The notes below the pieces were generated by a model that was not told the DNA's origin, made no database searches, and saw nothing but the letters and a program-made list of their open reading frames with translations. Below are positions 6,779 through 15,867 of a stretch of DNA of 29,811 nucleotides, piece by piece. The translations under genes and the position numbers were made by a program. The stretch comes from Thermoleophilaceae bacterium. Its GTDB lineage: Bacteria; Actinomycetota; Thermoleophilia; Solirubrobacterales; Thermoleophilaceae. The stretch covers positions 1 to 29,811 of the forward strand of contig JACCZR010000168.1 of assembly GCA_013695855.1 (NCBI GenBank). Reading direction: 5' to 3'. Within the stretch, counting starts at the first letter, position 1. Every line of letters begins with the position of its first letter.

Positions 6779-7390
6779 CTAGCGGCGAGCGGGCAGCGCC
6801 CGCCTGTCGGGCGAGCGCTGACGCGTCTGCAGGATGACCGTCGGCCTGAAGCTGGCGTTCGCGCAGATGGCCTCTACCACCAGGACTTTCGCTACCGGGT
6901 CGTTGGCGGCGGTGAACGCGCGCCAGCCGTTGGGCGTGTTCCCGGACTGGGTATCGAAGGTGAAGAACTGCCCCTGAAGCAGGGTGTCGTCGATCACCTT
7001 GCCCATGGTGTCGGTCACGTAGGCGTCGCCGCCGGTGGGATAGGTGCCCGTCGGGCAGGGAGTGGTGCCCTGACCCGCCGCGGCGCTCGCACCCACGGTG
7101 AAGTCCTTGGACACGTACAGCAGTGCGCCGAACCCGTCGCGGCCGGCGCGGCCCTGTGGGCCGGCGGGAACCTGGCCGCTCTTGAAGTCCCTGAGCAGCA
7201 GCGAGCCGTTCTTGACGTCTCGGTTGCCGAGCGAGTTGTTACGGATGTCCGTGCCGGTCACGGAGTTGTTGCGGATCTGCTTGCCGCTGATCAGACGGGC
7301 GGCGGTGGCGGTGCCCGCTCCGGCCACGAACAGCGCGATGAAGGCGACGACGAGCGCCGGCGACGGGCGCATTCGCTTCAGGTGTCTCAC
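6779..7390 (-). CDS. Secreted/surface hypothetical protein with signal peptide, short N-rich repeats and a short collagen-like linker
   Basis: Basic N-terminus plus hydrophobic PALVVAFIALFVAGAGTATAA; IRNNSVTGTDIRNNSLGNRDVKNGSL repeats; GPQGRAGRDG; C-terminal Cys pair. GGAGG at 7402-7398 and TAACGT at 7431-7426 upstream. Confidence 0.75.
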   Translation of the reverse strand: MRHLKRMRPSPALVVAFIALFVAGAGTATAARLISGKQIRNNSVTGTDIRNNSLGNRDVKNGSLLLRDFKSGQVPAGPQGRAGRDGFGALLYVSKDFTVGASAAAGQGTTPCPTGTYPTGGDAYVTDTMGKVIDDTLLQGQFFTFDTQSGNTPNGWRAFTAANDPVAKVLVVEAICANASFRPTVILQTRQRSPDRRALPARR

Positions 7391-7450
7391 TGCTTGGCCT
7401 CCTTGCCTCGCACGCTGGGGGGTGGACGTTACGCCCTCGAGCTCAAGCCG

Positions 7451-10400
7451 TCACGCGACAACCCGCGAGGCGCCCGGCAGCGAGTCGAGCAGGCTGCGGC
7501 AGGGGCCGTCGCCCGAGACCCTGAAGTCGGGGCCCAGCAGGAGGCTCCGAGCCCCCACGCGCAGCAGCAGCTCCTGCTCGCCGGGACACGTCGTGACCAC
7601 CTCGCGAAGCTCCTCTATGAACGAGTCGGGGACCTCGGGCGCCACGTGCAGGGTCAGGCGACGCGGCACCACCGCCACGGCTGCCTGGGCTGCCGCCCTC
7701 TCGACCTCTTGCGGTGAGGGCTCGAAGACCTCGACGTCCTGGGCCACGAGCTTGACCTCGTTGGACTCCTTCTTGTCGACGCGAGCGCGCACCACGACCA
7801 CCCGGTCGCCGTCGAGCTTGCCCTCGTGCTGCTCGAGCGCGGAGTTGAAGACGATCATCTCGACTTGGCCCTCGAGGTCGTCGAGCGTGCAGAACATCAT
7901 CGGGTCGCCCTTGCGGGTGCGGATCTTCTTCGCCTCGGCCACCATGCCCCCGACGGTGACCCACTCGCCGTCCTTTTTGGCGTCGAGCTCGGCCAGCGAG
8001 CAGTCCACGCGGGCTCGCAGCGCGGCCCGCACCTCCTTCAGCGGGTGGCTGGAGAGGAAGAGCCCCAGCGTCTCCTTCTCCATCAGGTTGAGCTCCCTGC
8101 GCTCATCGGGCAGCGGGGGCACGGGCAGGTCTTGGTGCCCGGGGGTGGCCACCGCCGCCGCGGCGGGCTCCTCGAGGTCGAAGATCGAGCCCTGTCCCAG
8201 CTGCGCGTCCTGCTGGAACTTGCTCCCCGCCCCCTGGGCAGCGGGCAGCACCTCGAGCATGCCGCGCCGCGTGGCGCCGGTGGAGTCCAGTGCGCCGCAG
8301 CGCACCAGCGACTCGATCGCCTTCTTGTTCACGCAATGGCAGTCCACCCGTCGGCAGAAGTCCCAGATCGAGGTGAAGCGCCCGCCCTCCTCGCGCGCCG
8401 CGAGGATCGCGTCGACCGCCGCCGCCCCCACGTTCTTCACCGCATCGAGACCGAAGCGGATGTTCCCGGCAGAGACCACGAAGTCGTGCCCGGACTCGTT
8501 GACGTCGGGCGGCAGCACGTCGATCCCCATCTCCTCGCAGCGCGAGACGAAGAAGGGCACCTTGTCCTTGGTGGACATGACGCTCGAGATCAGCGCGGCC
8601 ATGTACTCGGCGGGGTAGTTGGCCTTCAGCCAGGCGGTGCGGTAGGCGATCAGGCCGTAACAGGCTGCGTGAGACTTGTTGAAGGAGTAATCACTGGCCG
8701 CCTCGTTGGTGGCCCACAGCTCCTGGGTCACCATCTCCGAGGTGCCGCTGCCGCGCGCGCCCTCCACGAAGCGGTTCTTCAGCAGCGCCATCTTGTCCCG
8801 CAGCTTCTTGCCGATCGCCTTGCGCAGGTCGTCGGCCTCGGGGCCGGAGAAGCCGGCGATCTCCTTGGCGATCTGCATCGACTGCTCCTGGTAGAGGATC
8901 ACCCCGTACGAGGACTCGGTGATCGAGCGGAGGCGCCCGTCGGGGTACTGGATCGCCTCGGGGTTGCGCTTGTTGCGCGCGTAGGTGTCGATGTGGCGCA
9001 TGGCGCCGGGGCGGTAGAGCGCCACGAGCGCCACCAAGTCCTCGAACTCCGTCGGCTTGACCTTGCGCAGGGCGTCGCGCATGCCGTCTGACTCGAACTG
9101 GAACACGCCGACCGAGTCGCCCCGGGCGAGCATCTCGTAGGTCCTGAGGTCGTCGAGCGGCAGGGTCTCCATGGACGGCCGGTCGCCGGTCGATTTCCCG
9201 ATGATGTCCAAGGCCGCCTCGATCACGTCGAGATTGCGCAGGCCCAGGAAGTCCATCTTGAGCAGCCCGATCTCCTCGATCGGCCCCATCGCGTACTGGG
9301 TGACGGTGCGATAGGCCTTCTCGCCGTCCTCCCCCACCCCGGCGTCGGCCAGCTGCAGCGGCACGAGGTCGGTGAGCGGACGGTCCGCGATCACCACCGC
9401 TGCGGCGTGAATCGAGGAGTTGCGGACGATGCCCTCGAGGCCCTTGGCGGTATCGATGATCTCGCGTGCCTGAGGCTCTGAGTCGTAGGCCTTCTTGAGC
9501 TCGGGCTCTTGGGCCAGATAGGCGTCGAAGCTCTTCGACCGGCCCTGCTCCGGCTCGGGAATGAGCTTGGCGATGCGATCGCCGGCCGCGTAGTCGTACC
9601 CGCGGACGCGGGCGGCGTCTCGCGTGGCCGCGCGAGGGAACATCCGGCCGAACGTGATGATCTGCGCCACCGACTCCTGGCCGTACTTGTCGGCCACGTA
9701 GCGGATCACGCGGTCGCGGCCCTTCACCGAGAAGTCGATGTCGATGTCCGGCATCGACACACGCTCGGCGTTCAGGAAACGCTCGAACAGCAGGTCGTAG
9801 GCCAGCGGGTCGACATCGGTGATCGAGAGGGCGTACGAGGCGATCGAGCCCGCCGCTGAGCCGCGCCCCGGGCCCACGGCGATGCCGCTGTCCTTTGCGT
9901 ACTTGACGAAGTCCCAGACGATGAGGAAGTAGGCGTCGAAGCCCATGCGCCCGATCACCTCGAGCTCCATGTCCAGGCGCTCGCGCGCCTCGGCGGGGAC
10001 CGGGTCGCCGTAGCGGCGACGCAGGCCCTCCTCGGCCAGGCGGCGAAGGTACGCGCCCTCGCGCTCGCCGTCGGGGGTGGGAAAGCGCGGGATGAGCATC
10101 TTGCCCAGCTCGAGCTCCACCGCACAGCGCTCGGTGATCTCCACCGACGTGGGCAGCGCCTCGGGCCAGGGTGCGAAGGCCTGCGCCATCTCCTCTGAGC
10201 TCTTGAGGAAGAACTCGTTGGTGTCGAAGCTCAGCTTCGGCGCCTGGAGGGTGGACTTGGTCTGGACGCAGAGCAGGGCCTGGTGGTTGTCGAAGTCCTC
10301 GCGTCCGAGGTAGTGGACGTCCGCCGTGCCCACTACCGGGCGGCCCACCTCGCGAGCGATCTTCAGGATCCCCTCGTTGGCACGGTCCTGCTCGGGGATG

Positions 10401-10927
10401 CCGTTGACCTGAAGCTCGAAGTAGACGTCCTCGGAGCCGAAGACCTGCAACAGGTCGTCTGCGTGGGCTCGGGCGTCGGCGGGCGAGCCGTCCACCAGCC
10501 GGCGGCACAGCCGGCCCTGCAGGCAGCCGGTGAGGGCCATCACGCCGTCGGCGTGCTTGCTCAGCAGCTCGAGGTCCACGTTGGCCTTGCCCCGCCGGTA
10601 GCCCTCCAGGAAGCCGGCGGAGCTGAGCTTGACGAGGTTGCGGAAGCCGGTGTCGCTGTAGGCCAGCAAAGTCAGGTGATTGCGCTCATAGCGCACCGCC
10701 TCGGTCCTGATGTCCTCGACCAGATAGGCCTCCAGGCCCATGATCGGCTTGATCCCCTGCTTCTTGCAGGCCTTGTAGTGCTCGACCGCCCCGTTCATCA
10801 CCCCGTGGTCGGTGAGCCCCAGGGCGGGCTGGCCGAACGAGGCTGCCCGCTCGGCCAGGTGCTCGATGCGGCAGGCGCCGTCGAGCACCGAGTACTCGGA
10901 GTGGACGTGGAGGTGAGCGCAGGTCAT
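7451..10927 (-). CDS. dnaE: DNA polymerase III alpha subunit (DnaE1 type)
   Basis: PHP start HLHVHSEYS, TDHG, GPGRGSAAGS, SMPDIDIDF, KMDFLGLRNL, FNKSH, beta-clamp motif QGSIF and OB fold. The real start is the ATG at 10927; the ORF-track extension to 11470 is spurious. No intein seen. Confidence 0.97.
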   Translation of the reverse strand: MTCAHLHVHSEYSVLDGACRIEHLAERAASFGQPALGLTDHGVMNGAVEHYKACKKQGIKPIMGLEAYLVEDIRTEAVRYERNHLTLLAYSDTGFRNLVKLSSAGFLEGYRRGKANVDLELLSKHADGVMALTGCLQGRLCRRLVDGSPADARAHADDLLQVFGSEDVYFELQVNGIPEQDRANEGILKIAREVGRPVVGTADVHYLGREDFDNHQALLCVQTKSTLQAPKLSFDTNEFFLKSSEEMAQAFAPWPEALPTSVEITERCAVELELGKMLIPRFPTPDGEREGAYLRRLAEEGLRRRYGDPVPAEARERLDMELEVIGRMGFDAYFLIVWDFVKYAKDSGIAVGPGRGSAAGSIASYALSITDVDPLAYDLLFERFLNAERVSMPDIDIDFSVKGRDRVIRYVADKYGQESVAQIITFGRMFPRAATRDAARVRGYDYAAGDRIAKLIPEPEQGRSKSFDAYLAQEPELKKAYDSEPQAREIIDTAKGLEGIVRNSSIHAAAVVIADRPLTDLVPLQLADAGVGEDGEKAYRTVTQYAMGPIEEIGLLKMDFLGLRNLDVIEAALDIIGKSTGDRPSMETLPLDDLRTYEMLARGDSVGVFQFESDGMRDALRKVKPTEFEDLVALVALYRPGAMRHIDTYARNKRNPEAIQYPDGRLRSITESSYGVILYQEQSMQIAKEIAGFSGPEADDLRKAIGKKLRDKMALLKNRFVEGARGSGTSEMVTQELWATNEAASDYSFNKSHAACYGLIAYRTAWLKANYPAEYMAALISSVMSTKDKVPFFVSRCEEMGIDVLPPDVNESGHDFVVSAGNIRFGLDAVKNVGAAAVDAILAAREEGGRFTSIWDFCRRVDCHCVNKKAIESLVRCGALDSTGATRRGMLEVLPAAQGAGSKFQQDAQLGQGSIFDLEEPAAAAVATPGHQDLPVPPLPDERRELNLMEKETLGLFLSSHPLKEVRAALRARVDCSLAELDAKKDGEWVTVGGMVAEAKKIRTRKGDPMMFCTLDDLEGQVEMIVFNSALEQHEGKLDGDRVVVVRARVDKKESNEVKLVAQDVEVFEPSPQEVERAAAQAAVAVVPRRLTLHVAPEVPDSFIEELREVVTTCPGEQELLLRVGARSLLLGPDFRVSGDGPCRSLLDSLPGASRVVA

Positions 10928-11062
10928 GCGAAGGGCACGAGCATAAGGTCGAGACCCGACGGCTCCGGGGCCGAGATGGCCGTCTTTTGCGCTAGGAGCG
11001 GGCGGCCAGGTCGGGCCTGTGGGACGCCGCCGGGCGGCGGAGCAGATCGTGCGGGCCGCAGG

Positions 11063-11086
11063 CAGCGCGGCGTCCGCGCCGCGCTG
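11063..11086. repeat. Perfect 10-bp stem-loop in the dnaE/SPW divergent intergenic region
   Basis: CAGCGCGGCG-TCCG-CGCCGCGCTG. Confidence 0.7.
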
Positions 11087-11104
11087 AGTCGGTATAAGAG
11101 TCAG

Positions 11105-11491
11105 GTGCTCAGCCAGGGACCCATCCCCCGCTTCGTCCACGGCCTGATCGAATACGCGGCGGCGGTGCTCTTCATCGCGGCGCCGATCGTCCTCACCTTC
11201 GACTCCGGAGCCGCCACGGCCATCTCGATCGTCATCGGGGTCGTGATCCTGGTCATCGCGGCGACCACCGATGGGCCCACAAGCCTGGTGAACTCGCTGC
11301 CCCTCACCGCTCATGTGGCTCTGGACTACGTGCTGGCCGTCCTGCTCGTAGCCATGCCCTTCGTAGCGGGATTCTCGGACGAGACCAACCCCACGGTCTT
11401 CTTCATCGCGCTCGGCGTCGCCCACATGCTGATCACGATCGGGACGCGCTTCCGCCGCGAGGAGACACAACGCACCGCGCCGTCACCGTGA
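11105..11491 (+). CDS. SPW-repeat-type membrane protein (4 TM, two H-x-x-x-(D/E)-Y repeats)
   Basis: HGLIEY...APIVLTF and HVALDY...MPFVAGF form a duplicated hydrophobic unit. Start GTG at 11105, with TATAAG 6 nt upstream. Confidence 0.8.
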   Translation: MLSQGPIPRFVHGLIEYAAAVLFIAAPIVLTFDSGAATAISIVIGVVILVIAATTDGPTSLVNSLPLTAHVALDYVLAVLLVAMPFVAGFSDETNPTVFFIALGVAHMLITIGTRFRREETQRTAPSP

Positions 11492-11577
11492 GCTTCGACG
11501 GACCGGCCCGATCCCGTCTGGACCTCACAGGTCGGCACCCGCGGAGGCGCTTCGCGTTCGCGATTGGCTAACCGGGC

Positions 11578-11754
11578 CTAGCCGTCGTCGTCGTCGCCCG
11601 CGGAGCGCGCGGCGACCACGCCGCCCACCAGCACGAGGGCCACTACGCCCACGGCGCCCAGCTTCACGCGGTTCTCGGCCATCTTCTTCTTGGCGACTCG
11701 GGAGCCGACTTGCCATACGACCCAGCCGAGGACGGTGTAGCTCTTGGTGGTCAT
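11578..11754 (-). CDS. 58-aa small membrane protein translationally coupled to argG (absent from the ORF track)
   Basis: ATGA overlap with the argG stop. MTTKSYTVLGWVVWQVGSRVAKKKMAENRVKLGAVGVVALVLVGGVVAARSAGDDDDG*, with GC3-rich codons. Confidence 0.75.
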   Translation of the reverse strand: MTTKSYTVLGWVVWQVGSRVAKKKMAENRVKLGAVGVVALVLVGGVVAARSAGDDDDG

Positions 11755-12965
11755 GAGGTCTCCTTACCCCGGTTGCGGACGGCGTACGCCATGCGCGATT
11801 GAAGGCTCCACAACTCGATGAAGCCCGGGCTGGCGGATTGACTGAACAGGCCGCCCGACTCACCGAAGCCGGCCAGGTCGGCGTCGTAGAGGGCGTTGGG
11901 GGAGCTGCGGGCCACCGCTCGGGCACTGCCCTTGTACAGGCGCATCGTGATCGTTCCGGTCACCTGCTCGTTCACGCTGTCCATGAACGCGTTGAGGTCG
12001 CCCAGCAGCGGCTCATGCCACAGGCCCCCGTAGACCAGGTAGGCCCAGTGGCGGTCGAGCGTGTGCTTGAAGTTGTTCTGGTGGATGGTGCCCACCAGCT
12101 TCTCGAGCTCCTGGTGGGCAGTGAGCAGAATCGCCGCGGCCGGCACCTCGTAGAGGTCGCGCACCTTCAGGCCGACGATGCGGTCCTCGATGTGGTCGAC
12201 GATGCCCACTCCGTGGCGGCAGCCCAGCTCCGCCGCCCGCTCCAGGAGCGACACCAGGTCCAGGCGCTCGCCATCGAGCGCCACCGGCACGCCTTGCTCG
12301 AACTCGACCGCGACGTCCTGGGGCTCGGCAGGCGCGTCCTGGGGCCGGGTGACCAACTCGAAGACGTCGTCACGCGGGGGCGCTGAGAGATCCTCGATCG
12401 GGCCGCCCTCGCTCGAGCGGCCCCAGAGGTTGTCGTCGATCGAGTACGGCGGCGCCTCGGTGCCGCCCTTGACGGGGATGCCGTGCCTGCGGGCGTACTC
12501 GATCTCCTCCTCGCGGCCCATTCGCCACTCGCGTACGGGTGCGATGATCTTAAGCTCAGGGGCAAGCGTGGCCACAGTGGCCTCGATGCGCACTTGGTCG
12601 TTGCCCTTGCCGGTGCAGCCGTGGGCGATCGTGTCACAGCCGCTGGCCCGGGCGGCCTCCACGGCCAGCTTGGCGATGAGCGGCCTGCCGAGCGCCGTGA
12701 ACAGCGGGTAGCCGCCGCCGTAGAGGGCGTTGGCCTTGATGGCCGGCACGACGTAGTCCCGGGCGAAGTCCTCACGCGCGTCGACCACCCGGCACTCCAG
12801 CGCGCCCAACCGCAGCGCCTTGCCCTCGACCACCTCGAAGTCCTCGCCCGGCTGGCCGAGGTCGACGGTCAGCGCCACCACCTCGGCCCCGTACTCGTCC
12901 TGGATCCACTTGAGCATCACGCTCGTGTCCAGGCCGCCCGAGTAGAGCAGCAGGACCCGGCCCAC
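11751..12965 (-). CDS. argG: Argininosuccinate synthase (true start may be upstream, CTG at 13016)
   Basis: LLYSGGLDTS, HGCTGKGNDQVR, YSIDDNLWGRSSE, HGVGIVDHIEDRIVGLKVR. Confidence 0.96.
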   Translation of the reverse strand: MGRVLLLYSGGLDTSVMLKWIQDEYGAEVVALTVDLGQPGEDFEVVEGKALRLGALECRVVDAREDFARDYVVPAIKANALYGGGYPLFTALGRPLIAKLAVEAARASGCDTIAHGCTGKGNDQVRIEATVATLAPELKIIAPVREWRMGREEEIEYARRHGIPVKGGTEAPPYSIDDNLWGRSSEGGPIEDLSAPPRDDVFELVTRPQDAPAEPQDVAVEFEQGVPVALDGERLDLVSLLERAAELGCRHGVGIVDHIEDRIVGLKVRDLYEVPAAAILLTAHQELEKLVGTIHQNNFKHTLDRHWAYLVYGGLWHEPLLGDLNAFMDSVNEQVTGTITMRLYKGSARAVARSSPNALYDADLAGFGESGGLFSQSASPGFIELWSLQSRMAYAVRNRGKETS

Positions 12966-13084
12966 CTGCTCTGGGTCGGCTTCGTACGAGGCTGTGCGTG
13001 GGGCCCTTTCCGCCAGGGCGGCGGAGCCTATCGGCCGGAGCGCAGGCCGGGCGTTGACCGGCCGAGCACCGCCCGATCGACGTT

Positions 13085-14626
13085 TTACGCGCGGTTGGCC
13101 CGCTCGGCCAGCAACTCGGTGGCCTCCGGTGACGCGGGTCCCGAGCCGTTGAGGCCCTGGCCGTTCGCGGTGCCGAGGCCGGCGGCGACCTTCGCCCCCA
13201 GGTCCTCGTCCACGCTGGCCCAGTAAGCCACGACGCGCTCCTTCATCGGGTCGGTCATCTCGGGCGTGCTCGCGTGCCCGACGATGCCGTTCACCAGCGC
13301 CTCGCGATTGCCCTCGTCCATCACCTCGCGGTAGAGCGTGCGCGGCTGCACGAAGTCGTCGTCCTCCGCATGCTTGCGGTAGGCGTAGCGGGCCAGCTCA
13401 CCGGCCTCGACCCCCCAGCCCAGGTCGGCGCCGTGCTCGGCGCCGCCGGCCTCGGGGCCGCCGTGGGAGTTCGGCGCGTAGACGGGCTGGTCGCCGGCGT
13501 GGCGGTAGGTCATCGCCCCGTCCTTGTTGTACGAGTTGACCTCCGCCTTGGGGGCGTTGATCGGCAGCTGGTCGGCGTTTACGCCCACACGGTGCAGGTG
13601 GGTGTCGTGATAGCTGAAGATCCGCGCCATCAGCATCTTGTCCGGGCTCAAGCCGGTGCCCGGCACCAGGTTGGCCGGCTTGAAGGCGGCCTGCTCCACC
13701 TCGGCGAAGAAGTTCTCCGGGTTGCGGTTGAGCGTCAGCCGGCCGACGGTGATCGGCGGGTAGTCGGACTTGGGCCAGACCTTGGTCAGGTCGAACGGGT
13801 TGAAGCGGTAGTCCGCCGCCTCCTCGAAGGGCATGATCTGCACCTCCAACCGCCACGACGGGTGGTTCCCGCTGTCGATTGCGTCGACCAGGTCCCTGCG
13901 GTGGTAGTCCGGGTCCTCGCCCGCGATCCGGTCCGCGTCGGCCTCGGGCAGGTTCTCGATGCCCTGCTCGGTCTTGAAGTGGTACTTGACCCAGAAGCGC
14001 TCGCCGTTCGCGTTGACCCAGGAGTAGGTGTGGCTCGAGAACCCGTGCTGGTGGCGCCAGCTGGCGGGGATCCCCCGGTCGGACATCAGGATCGTGACCT
14101 GGTGGGCGCTCTCGGGCGAGAGCGTCCAGAAGTCCCACTGCATGTCGTGGGAGTGCATGCCGGTGTCGGGCAGGCGCTTCTGGCTGTGGATGAAGTCCTG
14201 GAACTTCGAGGGATCGCGCACGAAGAAGACCGGGGTGTTGTTGCCGACCATGTCGAAGTTGCCCTCATCCGTGTAGAACTTCATCGCGAAGCCACGCGGG
14301 TCGCGCACCGTGTCGGCGAAGCCCTGCTCGCCGGCCACGGTGGAGAAGCGCAGGAAAGTGTCCGTGCGCTTGCCCGGCTGGAGGAAGTCCGCCTTGGTGT
14401 ACTGGGTCAGGTCTTCGGTGACCTCGAAGAAGCCATGGGCGCCGCCGCCCTTGGCGTGCACGACGCGCTCAGGGACCCGCTCGCGGTTGAAGTGCTGCAT
14501 CTTCTGCACGACGTAGTGGTCGTGCAGAGCGATGGGGCCGCCGGGGCCGACCGTGAGCGAGAACTCGTCGCTCGTGGCGGGATTGCCGGCGTCGGTGGTG
14601 GTCTCGCGCCTCTGCTCGTCACTCAT
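13085..14626 (-). CDS. katA: Monofunctional heme catalase (small subunit, KatA type)
   Basis: RERVPERVVHAKG (distal His), VGNNTPVFF (Asn), RIFSYHDTH (proximal Tyr). GAGGAG Shine-Dalgarno at 14642-14637 supports the ATG at 14626. Confidence 0.95.
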   Translation of the reverse strand: MSDEQRRETTTDAGNPATSDEFSLTVGPGGPIALHDHYVVQKMQHFNRERVPERVVHAKGGGAHGFFEVTEDLTQYTKADFLQPGKRTDTFLRFSTVAGEQGFADTVRDPRGFAMKFYTDEGNFDMVGNNTPVFFVRDPSKFQDFIHSQKRLPDTGMHSHDMQWDFWTLSPESAHQVTILMSDRGIPASWRHQHGFSSHTYSWVNANGERFWVKYHFKTEQGIENLPEADADRIAGEDPDYHRRDLVDAIDSGNHPSWRLEVQIMPFEEAADYRFNPFDLTKVWPKSDYPPITVGRLTLNRNPENFFAEVEQAAFKPANLVPGTGLSPDKMLMARIFSYHDTHLHRVGVNADQLPINAPKAEVNSYNKDGAMTYRHAGDQPVYAPNSHGGPEAGGAEHGADLGWGVEAGELARYAYRKHAEDDDFVQPRTLYREVMDEGNREALVNGIVGHASTPEMTDPMKERVVAYWASVDEDLGAKVAAGLGTANGQGLNGSGPASPEATELLAERANRA

Positions 14627-14674
14627 GCGGTGGTCTCTCCTCAGCCCGAAGGTCCTGTTGGACACTTCATAGCA

Positions 14675-14695
14675 AGTCGCCGGCGACTGACCCTA
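14675..14695 (-). promoter_or_regulatory. Candidate catalase -10 plus 14-bp palindrome (operator or 5' hairpin)
   Basis: TAGGGT (14695-14690, minus strand) immediately followed by the perfect palindrome AGTCGCCGGCGACT (14675-14688). Confidence 0.4.
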
Positions 14696-14712
14696 TCGAC
14701 GGCGGAGCGTGC

Positions 14713-15778
14713 TCAGGGGTAGACGCTTCGCAGCCGCGAAGCCTCGGCCACCCGCTCGATGGCCACCGCCTGGGCAGCCGTGCGCAGGTCGACGCGCAGC
14801 CGCCGCCGGGCCTCGATCACCCGGTCGAAGGCCTCGCTCAGCTGGAGCTCCAGCTTCTGCACCATCTCCTCGGGGCTCCACGCGTAGCGCTGCATGTCCT
14901 GCACCCACTCGAAGTAGCTCACGGTCGCCCCGCCGCCGCTGGCGAGCAGGTCCGGGAACACGTCGATCCCGTGCTCGGCGAGGATCGCGTCGGCCTCGGG
15001 GCTGGTCGGGCCGTCGGCGGCTTCCACGACGAGCTGGGCATCTATGCGCTCGGCGTTCTCAGCGGTGATCTGACGCTCGAGGGCGGCGGGGACCAGGACG
15101 TCGCAGGGCGTCTCGAGGATCGCCATGCGCCCCACGGGCTCGCCCTGCCCGCAGCCGCGCAGGAAGCCGTGCTCTCGCCACCAGGCCAACAGGCCGGGGA
15201 TGTCGAGCCCTTCCGTGTCCACCACGCCCCCGCTCACGTCGGAGACCCCGATGACCCGGCCCCCGCGCAGCGACAGCTCACGCGCCACCGCCGATCCGAC
15301 GTCGCCAAAGCCCTGGATCACGAAGCGCTGTCCGGCGATGCTCCGCCCGAGCATGGCCAGCGCCCTCTCGGTCACGAAGACCGCGCCCAAGCCGGTAGGC
15401 GACGCTCGGCCCTCGCAGCCGCCGAGGACGGTGGGCTTGCCGGTCACCACCTCGGGCACCGAATGCCCGACCTGCTGCGAGTAGGTGTCCATCATCCAGG
15501 CCATCTCGCGCTCGCCGGTGGCGAGGTCGGGTGCGGACCGGGAAGTTGACGGTGAGCGAGCGGCGCGGCTCGACCAGCCGGGCTCTTATCTCCTGCTCGA
15601 GGCCCACGACCTTGGCCGCGCGCTCGAACTGCTCGACCGCCACGCGGTGGAGCTCGTTGCGCCATTCGCCCCCCGGAGCGACCTCGTGGGCGTCGGTGTC
15701 GAGTACCTCTTGCCAGCCTCCCGTGCCGCGGCGGTCGATGGTCTGATCGGGAGTCGGGTCGGAAGTGAATGTCTGCAC
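14713..15778 (-). pseudogene. Glu/Leu/Phe/Val dehydrogenase (glutamate dehydrogenase-like) pseudogene with internal deletion and frameshift
   Basis: N-terminus ...EQFERAAKVVGL...EPRRSLTVNFPVR is joined out of frame at ~15533 to APDLATGEREMAWMMDTYS...VVTGKP...IQGFGDVG...VPAALE...SYFEWVQD. The GGxKGG catalytic-Lys region is missing. Confidence 0.88.
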
Positions 15779-15867
15779 TCCCCACTATCCGTGCATCGGG
15801 GCGAAATAGCTGTAGAGCATCTGTCGAAACCAGTAGCCCACTCTCACAGCCGAGCAGCCGGTGTCCG

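Noticed and set aside
7451-10927. Intein or split dnaE
   Set aside because: The length (1158 aa) and continuous motif order are normal. No splice-junction motifs or homing endonuclease insert were seen.
10928-11470. N-terminal extension of the 1339-aa dnaE ORF
   Set aside because: It is the antisense of the SPW membrane gene plus intergenic DNA. The PHP domain begins at the ATG at 10927.
13028-13057. Second sigma28-like motif (TCAA-N18-GCCGATAG) upstream of argG
   Set aside because: The spacer is 2-3 nt too long, and the overlapping TAGGCT housekeeping -10 explains the site better.
14713-15778. Programmed frameshift producing a functional GDH
   Set aside because: No slippery sequence at the junction, and the catalytic segment is physically missing, so frameshifting could not restore activity.
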